The notes: a model not told the origin generated them from the letters alone. Numbered from the stretch's first letter, positions 49,179-58,953 are shown. The stretch: DNA of 64,000 bases from Candidatus Latescibacterota bacterium (GCA_963707635.1 OY970173.1:1824001-1888000); one strand, 5' to 3'. Numbers and translations are program-made.

Positions 49179-49778
49179 GTGCAGGCCATCGTCGTGGAGA
49201 CCATTCTCAGCATTCTCATCGGGGTCGGACTCGCGGCGGCGTGCGGGTTCCGCGTGTTCCTGCCTCTGCTGGCGCTGAGCATCGCCGCCCATGGGGGCCA
49301 TGTTCCGCTTTCGTCCGACTTCGCCTGGGTCGCGTCGACCCCGGCGCTGGTCGCGCTCGCGACCGCGGCGACGTTCGAGGTCGGCGCCTACTACGTGCCA
49401 TGGCTGGACCACGCGCTCGACGTCGTGGCCACACCGGCGGCCGTCCTCGCGGGGGTCGTGGCGACCGCCGCGGTCGTGACGGAGCTCTCGCCGGTGGTGC
49501 GCTGGGGGGTTGCGATCATCGCCGGGGGCGGAATCGCGGGCGCGGTGCAGGGTGCGACCGTGCTGACCCGGCTCAAGTCGGGCGTCACCACCGCGGGACT
49601 CGCCAACCCCGTGGTAGCAACCGGGGAACTGGTCGCGTCGGCGGTGCAGTCGTTTCTGGCGATCGTGATCCCGGTGCTCGCCTTCGTCGGGATAGTCGTC
49701 CTGCTCGTCGTCGTGTTCACGGCCACGCGGCGGATCCTCTTCGGACGTCCGCGTCGCGTTCACGATGAACCGCGTTAG
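49179..49778 (+). CDS. DUF4126 family membrane protein
   Basis: GLAAACGFRVFLP, YYVPWLDHALD, GLANPVV. Confidence 0.88.
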   Translation: MQAIVVETILSILIGVGLAAACGFRVFLPLLALSIAAHGGHVPLSSDFAWVASTPALVALATAATFEVGAYYVPWLDHALDVVATPAAVLAGVVATAAVVTELSPVVRWGVAIIAGGGIAGAVQGATVLTRLKSGVTTAGLANPVVATGELVASAVQSFLAIVIPVLAFVGIVVLLVVVFTATRRILFGRPRRVHDEPR

Positions 49779-49856
49779 TCCCGCCGCAGGAATCGCTGGA
49801 CGATGCCCGCCCCGGCCGCTACCGTTAGGCGAAGCGGCGCCGCACGGGGTTCGGCG

Positions 49857-50567
49857 ATGACAAAACGCCTCCAGGTCTATGAGACTCCCGAGATCACGGT
49901 CACGTTCGACCCGAATGTCTGTATCCATTCCGGGTGCTGCATCGCGACCCTGCCGGCGGTATTCGACGTCCGGCGCAAGCGCTGGATCCGGCCGGAGTTG
50001 GCGAGTGCCGATGCCGTGGCGGACGCTATCACGAACTGTCCGTCCGGGGCCTTGCGGTACTACCGTAATGTATCTCGTGATCCATCTGCCAAATCATCAC
50101 TTGCGCGTGCGGTCCTGCTCAACCAGCTGGCGATGATTCTCGCTTCCGAATCCCCCCGCGAGGCCCGCGCGCACCAGTTCGCGGAGGCGATCCGCGCCGC
50201 GCGCGGCTACCGCTGGGTGGGCATCTATACCGTCGGTTCGGAAGAGATCGCCGTGGTCGGCTTTACCGGCGAGGCCGCACCCGTGTTCCCACGCTTTCCG
50301 CTGACCCAGGGATTGAACGGCGCCGCGGTGTCCTCGGGCGAACCCGTCGTCATCAACAACGTGGCCGAGGACCCGCGCTACCTGACCGCGTTTGGCAGCA
50401 CGCGTTCGGAAATGATCGTGCCGGTGGTTCACCCCGCGACGCGCGAGGTGGTGGGCACGATCGACGTCGAAAGCGAGCGGGTGAACGCCTTCACCGACGA
50501 CGACCGCGCGCTGGTGGAAGACTGCGCGCGTGCCATCGTCGCCTGGTGGGAGCAGGGGACGCCATGA
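49857..50567 (+). CDS. Fusion of divergent Fe-S ferredoxin-like domain (YjdI/Fer4_19) and GAF domain
   Basis: CIHSGCC...VFD...WI.P...CPSGAL followed by WVGIY, SEMIVPV, GTIDVES, AFTDDD. Confidence 0.75.
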   Translation: MTKRLQVYETPEITVTFDPNVCIHSGCCIATLPAVFDVRRKRWIRPELASADAVADAITNCPSGALRYYRNVSRDPSAKSSLARAVLLNQLAMILASESPREARAHQFAEAIRAARGYRWVGIYTVGSEEIAVVGFTGEAAPVFPRFPLTQGLNGAAVSSGEPVVINNVAEDPRYLTAFGSTRSEMIVPVVHPATREVVGTIDVESERVNAFTDDDRALVEDCARAIVAWWEQGTP

Positions 50568-51463
50568 CGGGCGCGGACCAGAATTCCGCGGGCGCGGCGC
50601 CGGGCTATCGCATCGACGCGTCCGCCCACATCGGCTACGCGCACCTGCGCGTGCGCGACCTCGATCGATCGCTGTCGTTCTATTTGGACGTACTCGGGCT
50701 AAAGCTGGTCAGCGGGGGCGCGCACACGGCGACGCTCTCGGCCAACGGGCGCGGTCCGGGTCTGATCGTGCTCACGGCGAAGAAGGACGCGCCCGCGCGC
50801 CCGCTGCGCAGCACGGGGCTCTTTCACGTGGCGATCCGGGTGCCGAGCCGAAGGGCGCTGGCACAGATGATCCGGCACCTGCTCGAGTCGCAATGGCTCC
50901 TCCAGGGGTTTGCGAACCACGACGTCAGCGAAGCGGTGTACTTGATGGACCCGGACGGAAACGGCCTCGAGGTCTACGCGGACCGCCCGCGCGACGAGTG
51001 GCCGCTTCGCAACGGCCTGGTCGAGATGGTCACCGAGCCGCTCGACCTGGACGACGTGCTCGACGAACTGGCGGATTGGCCGTCCCCGTGGGAGGGAATC
51101 GACCCGGGCGCGAATATCGGCCACGTGCATCTGCGCGTGTCGCAGCTGGAGCGCGCGGAAGCCTTCTATCACGGGGTCCTGGGATTCGACGTGACCCAGC
51201 GCGATCTGGTGGGCGCGCTCTTCATGTCCGCGGGCGGATACCATCACCACGTCGGGGCGAACGTCTGGTCCAGCGAAGACGGGCCTCGACCGCCGGCGGA
51301 CGCGGTGGGGCTGATTGCGTTCAGCGTGGTGGTGCCGCCGGCCACGCTGCTGGAGCTGGAAACACGAATGCGGGCCGCCGGGGTTCCCGCCCGCAACGAC
51401 GACGAGGGGCGCATCCGCGCGGGCGACCCCGACGGAAATTTCATCGAATTGGTGGAGCGCTAA
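50564..51463 (+). CDS. VOC-family protein (CatE-like catechol 2,3-dioxygenase)
   Basis: GLFHVA, HDVSEAVYL.DPDGNGLEVY, GHVHL, GGYHHH.G.N.W. Confidence 0.88.
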   Translation: MTGADQNSAGAAPGYRIDASAHIGYAHLRVRDLDRSLSFYLDVLGLKLVSGGAHTATLSANGRGPGLIVLTAKKDAPARPLRSTGLFHVAIRVPSRRALAQMIRHLLESQWLLQGFANHDVSEAVYLMDPDGNGLEVYADRPRDEWPLRNGLVEMVTEPLDLDDVLDELADWPSPWEGIDPGANIGHVHLRVSQLERAEAFYHGVLGFDVTQRDLVGALFMSAGGYHHHVGANVWSSEDGPRPPADAVGLIAFSVVVPPATLLELETRMRAAGVPARNDDEGRIRAGDPDGNFIELVER

Positions 51464-51474
51464 GGAGGATCGGG

Positions 51475-53610
51475 ATGCGTAGCTGGAGGAGTAGCGGGTT
51501 TCTGTTTATGGTGGCGATTGGTTCCGCCGTCGCTCCGGCGTTGGCGCTCGACCTGAAGCCTCCGGTGGCGGACAAGCGGCCGCACCTGAGCGTGACCCAC
51601 GGCGACACGCTGCGCGACGACTACTTCTGGCTTCGGGAAAAGACCAGCCCGGACGTGGTGCGCTATCTGGAGGCCGAGAACGCCTACGTGGACGCCGTCA
51701 TGGAGCCGACGAAGGCGCTGCAGGAAACGCTCTACGGTGAAATGCTGGGGCGGATCAAGGAGACCGACGAGGAGGTCCCGTACCGGGATGGCGGCCACTA
51801 CTACTATTCACGGACCGAAGAGGGCAAGCAGTATGTCATCTACGCGCGGAAACGGGGGAGTCTCGAGGCGCCGGAGCAGGTGATCCTCGACGTGAACGAG
51901 CTGGCGACGGGCCACGCGTTCATGGGTGTGACCGACCTGACGGTGAGCGACGACGGGAATTTCCTCGCGTTTTCGACCGACACCACCGGCTTTCGCCAGT
52001 ATGACCTGCACGTGAAGGACCTGCGCACCGGGGTGATCCTGCCCGACCACGCCGAACGCGTGACGACGATCACGTGGGCGGCCGACAACCGGACGCTGTT
52101 CTACACCCAGGAGGACCCGGTGTCGAAGCGCTGGTACCGGCTCTACCGTCACGTGCTCGGTTCGAAAGACGCGGACGAACTGGTCTACGAGGAAAAGAAC
52201 GAGCTGTTCGACATCTGGGCGTGGCGTTCACGCAGCCATGCGTACGTCTTCGTAGGGTCGTCGAGCTCGACCACGAGCGAGATGTGGTTCATCCCGGCCG
52301 ATCGCTCCACGGCGCCCATGGCCTCGGTCGCCGGCAGGCGCGACGGGCGCGAATACTATATCGATCACGCCGGCGATCGTTTCTACCTGCGCACCAACGA
52401 TACCGGCCGGAACTTCCGGCTGGTGTCGGCGCCGGTCAACGCACCGGGCGAGGTGTGGACCGAGCTCGTGCCGCACCGCGACGACGTCATGCTGGAGGAC
52501 ATCGACTGCTTCGCCGGGCACTATGTGCTCGAGGAACGCGAGAACGGGGTACCACGCCTGCGCGTGGTGGATATCGGCAGCGGCGCCTCCCAGACCATCG
52601 ACATGCCCGAACCGGTCTACCAGGTGTATTCGAGCGACAACTACGAGTTCGACACCACCGTGTTCCGCTTCGGCTATGAATCGTTCATCACACCGGAGTC
52701 GATCTACGACTACGACGTGAAGACAAAGCAGCGCACGCTCCTCAAGCAGATGCCGGTCCTCGGCGGGTACGACCCGAAACGCTATCGTTCCGAGCGGCTC
52801 TACGCGACCGCGACCGACGGCACCCGCATTCCGATCTCCATCGTCTACCGGGTCGACGCCGGGGAAAAGAGCCCGCACGGCCGGCCGATGCTGCTGTTGG
52901 GCTATGGCTCCTACGGCATCTCGATGGATGTGTCGTTCAGCTCGAATCGCGTGAGCCTGCTGGACCGCGGCATGATCTACGGCATCGCGCACATCCGGGG
53001 GGGCGGCGAGCTCGGCAAGCGCTGGCACGAAGAAGGCCGCCTGATGACGAAGCGCAACACGTTCACCGATTTCATCGCCTGCGCGGAGTATCTGATCGCG
53101 CAGGGGTACACCTCGAAGGATCAGCTCGCCGCGACCGGGCGAAGCGCCGGGGGGCTGCTCATGGGAGCCATCGCCAACCTGCGACCCGATCTGTTCAAGG
53201 TGGTGTTCACCGCGGTGCCGTTCGTGGACGTGATGAACACGATGCTCGACGCCTCGCTCCCGCTCACGACCCAGGAATACCTGGAGTGGGGCGACCCCAA
53301 TCAGAAGGCGGCGTACGACTACATGAAGAGCTATTCGCCCTATGACAACGTAGCGCACAAGGCGTATCCGGTGATGCTGGTACGCACCTCGTTCAACGAC
53401 AGCCAGGTCATGTACTGGGAGCCGGCGAAGTGGGTCGCGAAGCTGCGCGCCGACAAGACCGACGACCACCTGCTGTTGTTCAAGACCAAGCTCGATCCCG
53501 GCGGGCACGGTGGGGCGTCGGGCCGCTACGACCGCCTGCGCGACACGGCATTCGAATACGCGTTTCTGCTGACCCAGCTCGGCGTGGTGCACACCGGGGC
53601 GACGCAGTAG
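51475..53610 (+). CDS. ptrB: Oligopeptidase B (S9A) with signal peptide
   Basis: DDYFWLR, GYGSYG, HIRGGGE, GRSAGG, VPFVD, EWGDP, GGHGG; AAGGAGG SD. Confidence 0.92.
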   Translation: MRSWRSSGFLFMVAIGSAVAPALALDLKPPVADKRPHLSVTHGDTLRDDYFWLREKTSPDVVRYLEAENAYVDAVMEPTKALQETLYGEMLGRIKETDEEVPYRDGGHYYYSRTEEGKQYVIYARKRGSLEAPEQVILDVNELATGHAFMGVTDLTVSDDGNFLAFSTDTTGFRQYDLHVKDLRTGVILPDHAERVTTITWAADNRTLFYTQEDPVSKRWYRLYRHVLGSKDADELVYEEKNELFDIWAWRSRSHAYVFVGSSSSTTSEMWFIPADRSTAPMASVAGRRDGREYYIDHAGDRFYLRTNDTGRNFRLVSAPVNAPGEVWTELVPHRDDVMLEDIDCFAGHYVLEERENGVPRLRVVDIGSGASQTIDMPEPVYQVYSSDNYEFDTTVFRFGYESFITPESIYDYDVKTKQRTLLKQMPVLGGYDPKRYRSERLYATATDGTRIPISIVYRVDAGEKSPHGRPMLLLGYGSYGISMDVSFSSNRVSLLDRGMIYGIAHIRGGGELGKRWHEEGRLMTKRNTFTDFIACAEYLIAQGYTSKDQLAATGRSAGGLLMGAIANLRPDLFKVVFTAVPFVDVMNTMLDASLPLTTQEYLEWGDPNQKAAYDYMKSYSPYDNVAHKAYPVMLVRTSFNDSQVMYWEPAKWVAKLRADKTDDHLLLFKTKLDPGGHGGASGRYDRLRDTAFEYAFLLTQLGVVHTGATQ

Positions 53611-53616
53611 CCACCC

Positions 53617-54420
53617 ATGTCAGGAACGCGCGCCCCAAAACACGCCACGGCGTGGCTGCCCCTGCTGCACGAAATCGCCGACCGCGCGGACGGGATCGCG
53701 CTGCGTCTGTTTCGCGACGCCGGTCTTCGCGTCGAGAGCAAGGCGGACGATTCGCCGGTGAGCGAGGCCGATCGCGCCATCGAGACGATGGCGCGCGAGG
53801 TGATCGCGGCGCGCGCGCCCGAGACAGGTGTCTTCGGCGAGGAGGGGGGCGAGAGTCCGTCGGGTGACGGCACCCGGTTCATCATCGACCCGATCGATGG
53901 CACGCGTAATTTCGTGCGCGGCGTGCCCGTGTTTGGAACGCTGCTCGCGATCGAACAGGATGGCGTCGTGCTGGCGGGGGTGGTGTCGGCCCCGGCCTTG
54001 CGCGCACGCTGGCACGCCGCGCGCGGCGCGGGCGCATTTGCGGGCGCGAGGCGCATTCGCGTGTCCACGGTGAACGACCTGTCCCGCGCCCATGTCTTCC
54101 ACGGCGACTTGAGCGGGCGAACCGAGGGACCGCGGCCCGCCCGTCTCGCGGAGCTGTTCGCCGCCGCCGAGCGCACCCGCGGCTTCGGCGATTTCTATCA
54201 GCACATGCTGGTCGCGGAAGGCGCCGGTGAAGTCGCGATCGACCCGAAGATGCAGCCGTGGGACATCGCGGCGGTGAAGATCGTGGTGGAGGAAGCCGGC
54301 GGCCGTTCGACGTCGTTCGCGGGCGCAGCGACCATCCACGGCGGAAACCTCGTGTCCACCAACGGGGTGCTGCACGCGCGGGCGCTCGAGTTTCTGGACA
54401 GTACGCCACGGTCGCGCTAG
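53617..54420 (+). CDS. Inositol monophosphatase family, histidinol-phosphatase (HisN) type
   Basis: GEE, DPIDGT, RTRGFGDFY, PWDIAA, EEAGG. Confidence 0.85.
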   Translation: MSGTRAPKHATAWLPLLHEIADRADGIALRLFRDAGLRVESKADDSPVSEADRAIETMAREVIAARAPETGVFGEEGGESPSGDGTRFIIDPIDGTRNFVRGVPVFGTLLAIEQDGVVLAGVVSAPALRARWHAARGAGAFAGARRIRVSTVNDLSRAHVFHGDLSGRTEGPRPARLAELFAAAERTRGFGDFYQHMLVAEGAGEVAIDPKMQPWDIAAVKIVVEEAGGRSTSFAGAATIHGGNLVSTNGVLHARALEFLDSTPRSR

Positions 54421-54429
54421 CATATCCGC

Positions 54430-54879
54430 ATGCGTCCGAAGCGCGTCTTTCCACCGTTCTACTTCCTGCTGACCGTCGGGTTGATGATCGTGCTCGACCG
54501 CTGGGCGCCGGGCGTTCGCTGGCTGACCCGTCCGCGCACGCTGGCCGGCGTCTTGCCGTTCGTGGTCGGGCTGGGATTCATGATCGCGACCATGCGGTCG
54601 TTTCGTCGCCACCAGACGACGATCAAGCCGTTCGAGGCATCGGCGACGCTGGTCACAGGCGGGCCGTTTCGGGTATCGCGCAACCCGATCTACCTGGGGA
54701 TGACGCTGATGCTGCTGGGTGTCGCGCTCTTCCTCGGCTCGGTGACACCGCTCATCCTCGTGGTCCTGTTTGCGCTCTGGATCCAGGCGCGCTTCATCGT
54801 GAACGAAGAGGCCCACCTCACGGAACAATTCGGCGACACGTATCGCGCCTACCAGGCGAGCGTGCGCCGCTGGGTGTGA
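54430..54879 (+). CDS. Isoprenylcysteine carboxyl methyltransferase/PEMT-family membrane protein
   Basis: LVTGGPFRVSRNPIY, EEAHL..QFG..Y..Y...VRRW. Confidence 0.88.
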   Translation: MRPKRVFPPFYFLLTVGLMIVLDRWAPGVRWLTRPRTLAGVLPFVVGLGFMIATMRSFRRHQTTIKPFEASATLVTGGPFRVSRNPIYLGMTLMLLGVALFLGSVTPLILVVLFALWIQARFIVNEEAHLTEQFGDTYRAYQASVRRWV

Positions 54880-54884
54880 TCACG

Positions 54885-55202
54885 ATGGCGTGGACGTATC
54901 TGCTGATTGCGGGGGTGATGGAGTGGGGTTGGCCGGTGGGCCTGAAGCTGGCGGCGAACCCGGCGTACCGGCTGTGGTCGGTCGTGCTCGCGGTGGTGTC
55001 GATCGTCCTGAGCAGTTACTTCCTTTTCGTGGCTCAGCGGACGATTCCGATGGGGACCGCCTACGCGGTATGGACGGGGATCGGCGCGGTGGGGACTTTT
55101 CTGCTCGGGATTCTCATCTTCCACGAGCCCGCGACGCTGGCGAGGTTCTTCTTCGTGAGCATGATCATCGGCGGGATCCTGGGGCTCAAGTGGGCGAGCT
55201 GA
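54885..55202 (+). CDS. SMR-family transporter (SugE/Gdx-like)
   Basis: MAW.YL..AG.ME, IPMGTAYAVWTGIG, GLK. Confidence 0.88.
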   Translation: MAWTYLLIAGVMEWGWPVGLKLAANPAYRLWSVVLAVVSIVLSSYFLFVAQRTIPMGTAYAVWTGIGAVGTFLLGILIFHEPATLARFFFVSMIIGGILGLKWAS

Positions 55203-55249
55203 GATTTGTCCGGCGCGAGCTCCATCGGACGCGAGCGGGCAAATCTCGA

Positions 55250-55310
55250 TTGACAGGGCGTCGGAGCCTTTGTTACGGTTCAACCCAAGGATGAGCGCTT
55301 GAGCGCTCAT
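55250..55310 (+). promoter_or_regulatory. Candidate promoter plus palindromic operator/hairpin upstream of the methyltransferase-sulfotransferase cluster
   Basis: TTGACA at 55250; ATGAGCGC-TTGA-GCGCTCAT at 55291-55310. Confidence 0.45.
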
Positions 55311-55400
55311 TTCTCATAATGGTCGGGGCTGGTCGGGAAGATGTCGCGCGTTCCCCGATATCGACCGCCCCGCACCCCGGTCGCCGGAGAGAGTTGCACG

Positions 55401-56201
55401 ATGAATGATTGGCTGCCGGGGAGGCTCAAGAAACACTACATTAGACCCTTCCTGCGCTATTTGACCGACCGCGAAACGTACCGTCGTGTGTACGAACCGT
55501 CGGAATTCTTCGATCAGATTCACCACCTTGGCGAGAACGGCATCGACGCGGACACCATCTCGCCGGGCTACCCTATCGTCGATGCGACTTACCACTACAA
55601 CGCCGTCGAGAACGGGATAATGGCTCACTTCAAGGAGCGGGGAATCCACCCGGACGTGGTGCTCGACATCGGCGCCGGGTCGGGGCACTGGGTGGACTTC
55701 TACACGACGGTGTACGCACCCCGCGCCGTGCACGCGGCGGATATCTCGGCGGAGTCGGTACGGAAACTGAAGAAGCGATTCGAGCTCCTACCCAACGTGC
55801 ACGTGCACCAAACCGACCTCGTCTCGTCCGACCAATGGGCAAACGGCACCTTCAACGTGATCAACGCGATCGGCGTGATGTTCCACATCGTGGACGACCA
55901 CAAATGGGCACGCACTGTCCAGTGGTGCAGCGACAAGTTGGTGCCCGGCGGTGTGTTAGTCGTCGGCGGGCTCTTTGGGCCCTTCAGTGCCAACGTCCAG
56001 TTCAACCCCGTGCGCTTCGACTCGGCCGACGAGATCGAGCACGGCACCGCCGGGTTGGCCTGCAACAAGCGCGTGCGTTCACGCTGGAAGTGGTCGCGTA
56101 CCTTGAAAGCGTGCGGGTTTCGCAGAGTGACCTACCGGAGGACGCACATCGCGCGCTCGATCCAGACGCCCGAGAACAACCTGCTGTTTGCGGTGAAATG
56201 A
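55401..56201 (+). CDS. Class I SAM-dependent methyltransferase
   Basis: VLDIGAGSG, VMFHIVDD, LVPGG. Confidence 0.82.
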   Translation: MNDWLPGRLKKHYIRPFLRYLTDRETYRRVYEPSEFFDQIHHLGENGIDADTISPGYPIVDATYHYNAVENGIMAHFKERGIHPDVVLDIGAGSGHWVDFYTTVYAPRAVHAADISAESVRKLKKRFELLPNVHVHQTDLVSSDQWANGTFNVINAIGVMFHIVDDHKWARTVQWCSDKLVPGGVLVVGGLFGPFSANVQFNPVRFDSADEIEHGTAGLACNKRVRSRWKWSRTLKACGFRRVTYRRTHIARSIQTPENNLLFAVK

Positions 56202-57194
56202 TTGGGGGCTAAGCCGCGCATCGTCACGGAAGAGATCTGGACGCAAGAGTGGCAGCGCGTAGCGGATTCGTGCTCGTACGCGACTTTCTTCCACACGCCG
56301 CTCTGGTACGGGGCCTTTAGCCGCATGGATTCCCACGCGCGGGTTGCCACACGCACGGTCCGCTTCGCGGACGGCAAGTCGGCCGTACTGCCCCTCATGG
56401 TGAGGCGCCGCTACGGAGGCCTGGTGCGCGCTTACGAGACGTCACCGGCGGGGTGTTACGGCGGTTGGATCAGCGTGGACGATCTGGGCCCGGAGCACGT
56501 GCACGCGCTGGCCTCGCTCATCACCGAAGGGCTCGGCGACGTGTACTGGCGCGTCAACCCGTTCGACCCGGCGGCGGCCGCGCTGGCGGTGCCCGGCGCC
56601 GTTGCGGACTCGACCGAGGCGCTGTTTCTCGACCGTTTCCCCGACGAAGATGCGCTGCGCGCGCATTACCGTCACAGCGTACGCAAACAGATCAACAAGG
56701 GCGAGCGCTTCGGGCTGGCTGTGCGGCCGGCTTCGGACTGGGGAGACTGGGAGGCGTACTTCGAGATCTACCGCCTATCGCTGCAGCGCTGGGTGACGCC
56801 ATCTTCGTACTACCCCCTCGATTTCTTCCGCGGTCTCTTCGAGGCGAAAAGCGAGCGAATACGGTTGTGGTTGGTCACACATGGGAGCCAGATCGTTGGC
56901 GGAAACCTGAACTTCTACCAAGGAACGCACTGCGTGGAATGGCACGCGGTGTTCGTAGACGAGTACTTCCGGCACGGCTCGCGTAACTTTCTGGTGCACA
57001 AACTAATCCTCGACGCGCACGCGCGAGGGTTTCGCGTGTACGATTTCAACCCCAGCGGAAGCAACGAGAGCACGCGCGCGTTCAAGCGCAGCTACGGAAC
57101 TGAGTCTTTGGCGGCGAATGTGTTCGAACGGCGCCGTTTCAAGGCGGTGCGATCCATGCTGCGGCGCTCGCGAGGGCCGCAAACCACGCGTTGA
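56202..57194 (+). CDS. GNAT/FemAB-like N-acyltransferase family protein
   Basis: ATFFHTP.W, RKQINK, YDFNPSG, RAFKRSYG; start uncertain (TTG). Confidence 0.78.
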   Translation: MGAKPRIVTEEIWTQEWQRVADSCSYATFFHTPLWYGAFSRMDSHARVATRTVRFADGKSAVLPLMVRRRYGGLVRAYETSPAGCYGGWISVDDLGPEHVHALASLITEGLGDVYWRVNPFDPAAAALAVPGAVADSTEALFLDRFPDEDALRAHYRHSVRKQINKGERFGLAVRPASDWGDWEAYFEIYRLSLQRWVTPSSYYPLDFFRGLFEAKSERIRLWLVTHGSQIVGGNLNFYQGTHCVEWHAVFVDEYFRHGSRNFLVHKLILDAHARGFRVYDFNPSGSNESTRAFKRSYGTESLAANVFERRRFKAVRSMLRRSRGPQTTR

Positions 57195-57913
57195 TGGATT
57201 TCCTGATTTTGGACGCACTGGATCAATACTACGGAAGAGTTGGAATCACGTCGCCTGCCTATTGGGTCTACCGGATCGCCGGGCACGGCATCCGCGAACG
57301 GGCGGCTCATTACTTCTCCGGCCGGCTCCTGGACGTGGGGTGCGGAACCAAGGCGAAGCAGCTCCTGGTGGGCGACTTGGTCGACGAGTACGTGGGCCTC
57401 GACCACGAGGCAAGCCCGCACGGCCTCGCGCGGGTCGACCTCGTGGGAACGGCCTACGAGATTCCGGAAGCGGACGGGGCCTTCGACTGCATCCTGTGCA
57501 CGGCGGTGTTGGAGCACCTCGAGGACCCTGCGCGGGCCCTGCGCGAGTCGCTGCGTGTGCTCAGACCAGGCGGTTACGCGCTTTACACGGTGCCTCTCTT
57601 CTGGCCCGTGCACGAAGAGCCGCGCGATTTCTTCCGGTACACCGAGTTCGGGTGCCGCTATCTCTTCGAGAACGCAGGCTTCGACATAATCGAAATCGCC
57701 CCGATGTCGGGCTACTGGATCACGGCGGGCGTGATGCGGGCGAGCTTCATCAACTCTATGCGGCTGGGGCGGGCGCGCGTGTTGGTGAGCGCCGCCGTCG
57801 CCGTCGTCCACCTAGTCACGCCGATCCTTGACCGTCTGGAACGACGCTTCAATCGCGGCGCCCATCGTTGGACGTGGATGTACGTCGTGGTCGCGCGCAA
57901 GCCGGAGTCGTAA
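57194..57913 (+). CDS. Class I SAM-dependent methyltransferase (Methyltransf_11)
   Basis: LLDVGCG, VLEHLEDP, RVLRPGG, HEEPRDFFRYT. Confidence 0.88.
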   Translation: MDFLILDALDQYYGRVGITSPAYWVYRIAGHGIRERAAHYFSGRLLDVGCGTKAKQLLVGDLVDEYVGLDHEASPHGLARVDLVGTAYEIPEADGAFDCILCTAVLEHLEDPARALRESLRVLRPGGYALYTVPLFWPVHEEPRDFFRYTEFGCRYLFENAGFDIIEIAPMSGYWITAGVMRASFINSMRLGRARVLVSAAVAVVHLVTPILDRLERRFNRGAHRWTWMYVVVARKPES

Positions 57914-58839
57914 TGGCCAGCATCGTCGGGAAGATGGTGCATCGCGCACTGCGCGCCCCGGAGGAAGCGGCGGAAGCGGTGTTTGAAAGCGCGCACCACC
58001 CGCGCTCCGGCGCGCCGCCGTCGGCGCCTGTCTTCATCCTGGGGCTGCCCCGCTCGGGAACGACGCTGATCTACCAGTACATCGTCCATCGCAAGCACGT
58101 CGCGTATTTTACCAACGGGGTCGGAAAGCGTGTGTACAGCCCCTGCCTGATCAGCTATTTGCAGCGCCGGCGGAACGAACCGTACCGCTCGGACTTTGTC
58201 AGCAAGTACGGGCGCAGCGATGGCCCAATGGCGCCGCGAGAGGGCGGCTCGTTATGGCTGCGATTCTTCGACCTTGACGCCTACCAATCGTTCGCCGATC
58301 TGTCACCTCGTGTGGTGAGCCGGCTGCGCGTGCTGGTGGGGTGCGTCGAGGCGATTTTCGACGGTGCTCCGTTCGTCAACAAGAACGTCAAGCACCTGCT
58401 CCGCATCGACGCGTTGGCAAAGATATTCCCGGATTCGAGCTTCCTCTTGATCAACCGGGATATCGCCGACGTGGCCCTTTCCGTGCTGCGGGGGCGCGTA
58501 CAATATTCCGGGGGCGCCGCGGAGTGGTTCTCGGCCAAGCCTGAAAACTACAAAGAGCTGGTCGATCTCGACCCGGTCGACCAGATCGTAGGGCAGTTGG
58601 TCGCGCTGGACCGGCGGCTACGCGCTGACCTCGCCCTCTTGGAGCCGTCGCGCGTGCACGAGGTACACTACGATGACTTTTGCGCGCGACCCGACAACGT
58701 CGTGGATGGTGTCCCCGTGCTGGCGCGATGCGCCGAGAAGAACGCGGCGGTGACGTCGTTCGAGGTCCGACACAACCGACCCCAGAACGAGGACGAAGAA
58801 CGCCTGGTGGAGGGCGTACGCCGGGCGTTCAGGGCGTAG
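57913..58839 (+). CDS. PAPS-dependent sulfotransferase
   Basis: 5'-PSB loop PVFILGLPRSGTT; 3'-PB RD...VALS; YDDFC..P; TAATG coupling. Confidence 0.85.
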   Translation: MASIVGKMVHRALRAPEEAAEAVFESAHHPRSGAPPSAPVFILGLPRSGTTLIYQYIVHRKHVAYFTNGVGKRVYSPCLISYLQRRRNEPYRSDFVSKYGRSDGPMAPREGGSLWLRFFDLDAYQSFADLSPRVVSRLRVLVGCVEAIFDGAPFVNKNVKHLLRIDALAKIFPDSSFLLINRDIADVALSVLRGRVQYSGGAAEWFSAKPENYKELVDLDPVDQIVGQLVALDRRLRADLALLEPSRVHEVHYDDFCARPDNVVDGVPVLARCAEKNAAVTSFEVRHNRPQNEDEERLVEGVRRAFRA

Positions 58840-58953
58840 GTTTGTGCGATGCCGGCAGCGCGGGCCCGCTCGGACAGGTAGCACCAGCGCCGTTCCGGCC
58901 CGGCGGAGCCGAGACAGGTGAGTTGTGGCGACCAACGCGAATTTGAGCGGACC

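Noticed and set aside
54860..54890. Guanidine riboswitch upstream of the SugE/Gdx-like gene
   Set aside because: Only 5 bp of intergenic space; no recognisable aptamer
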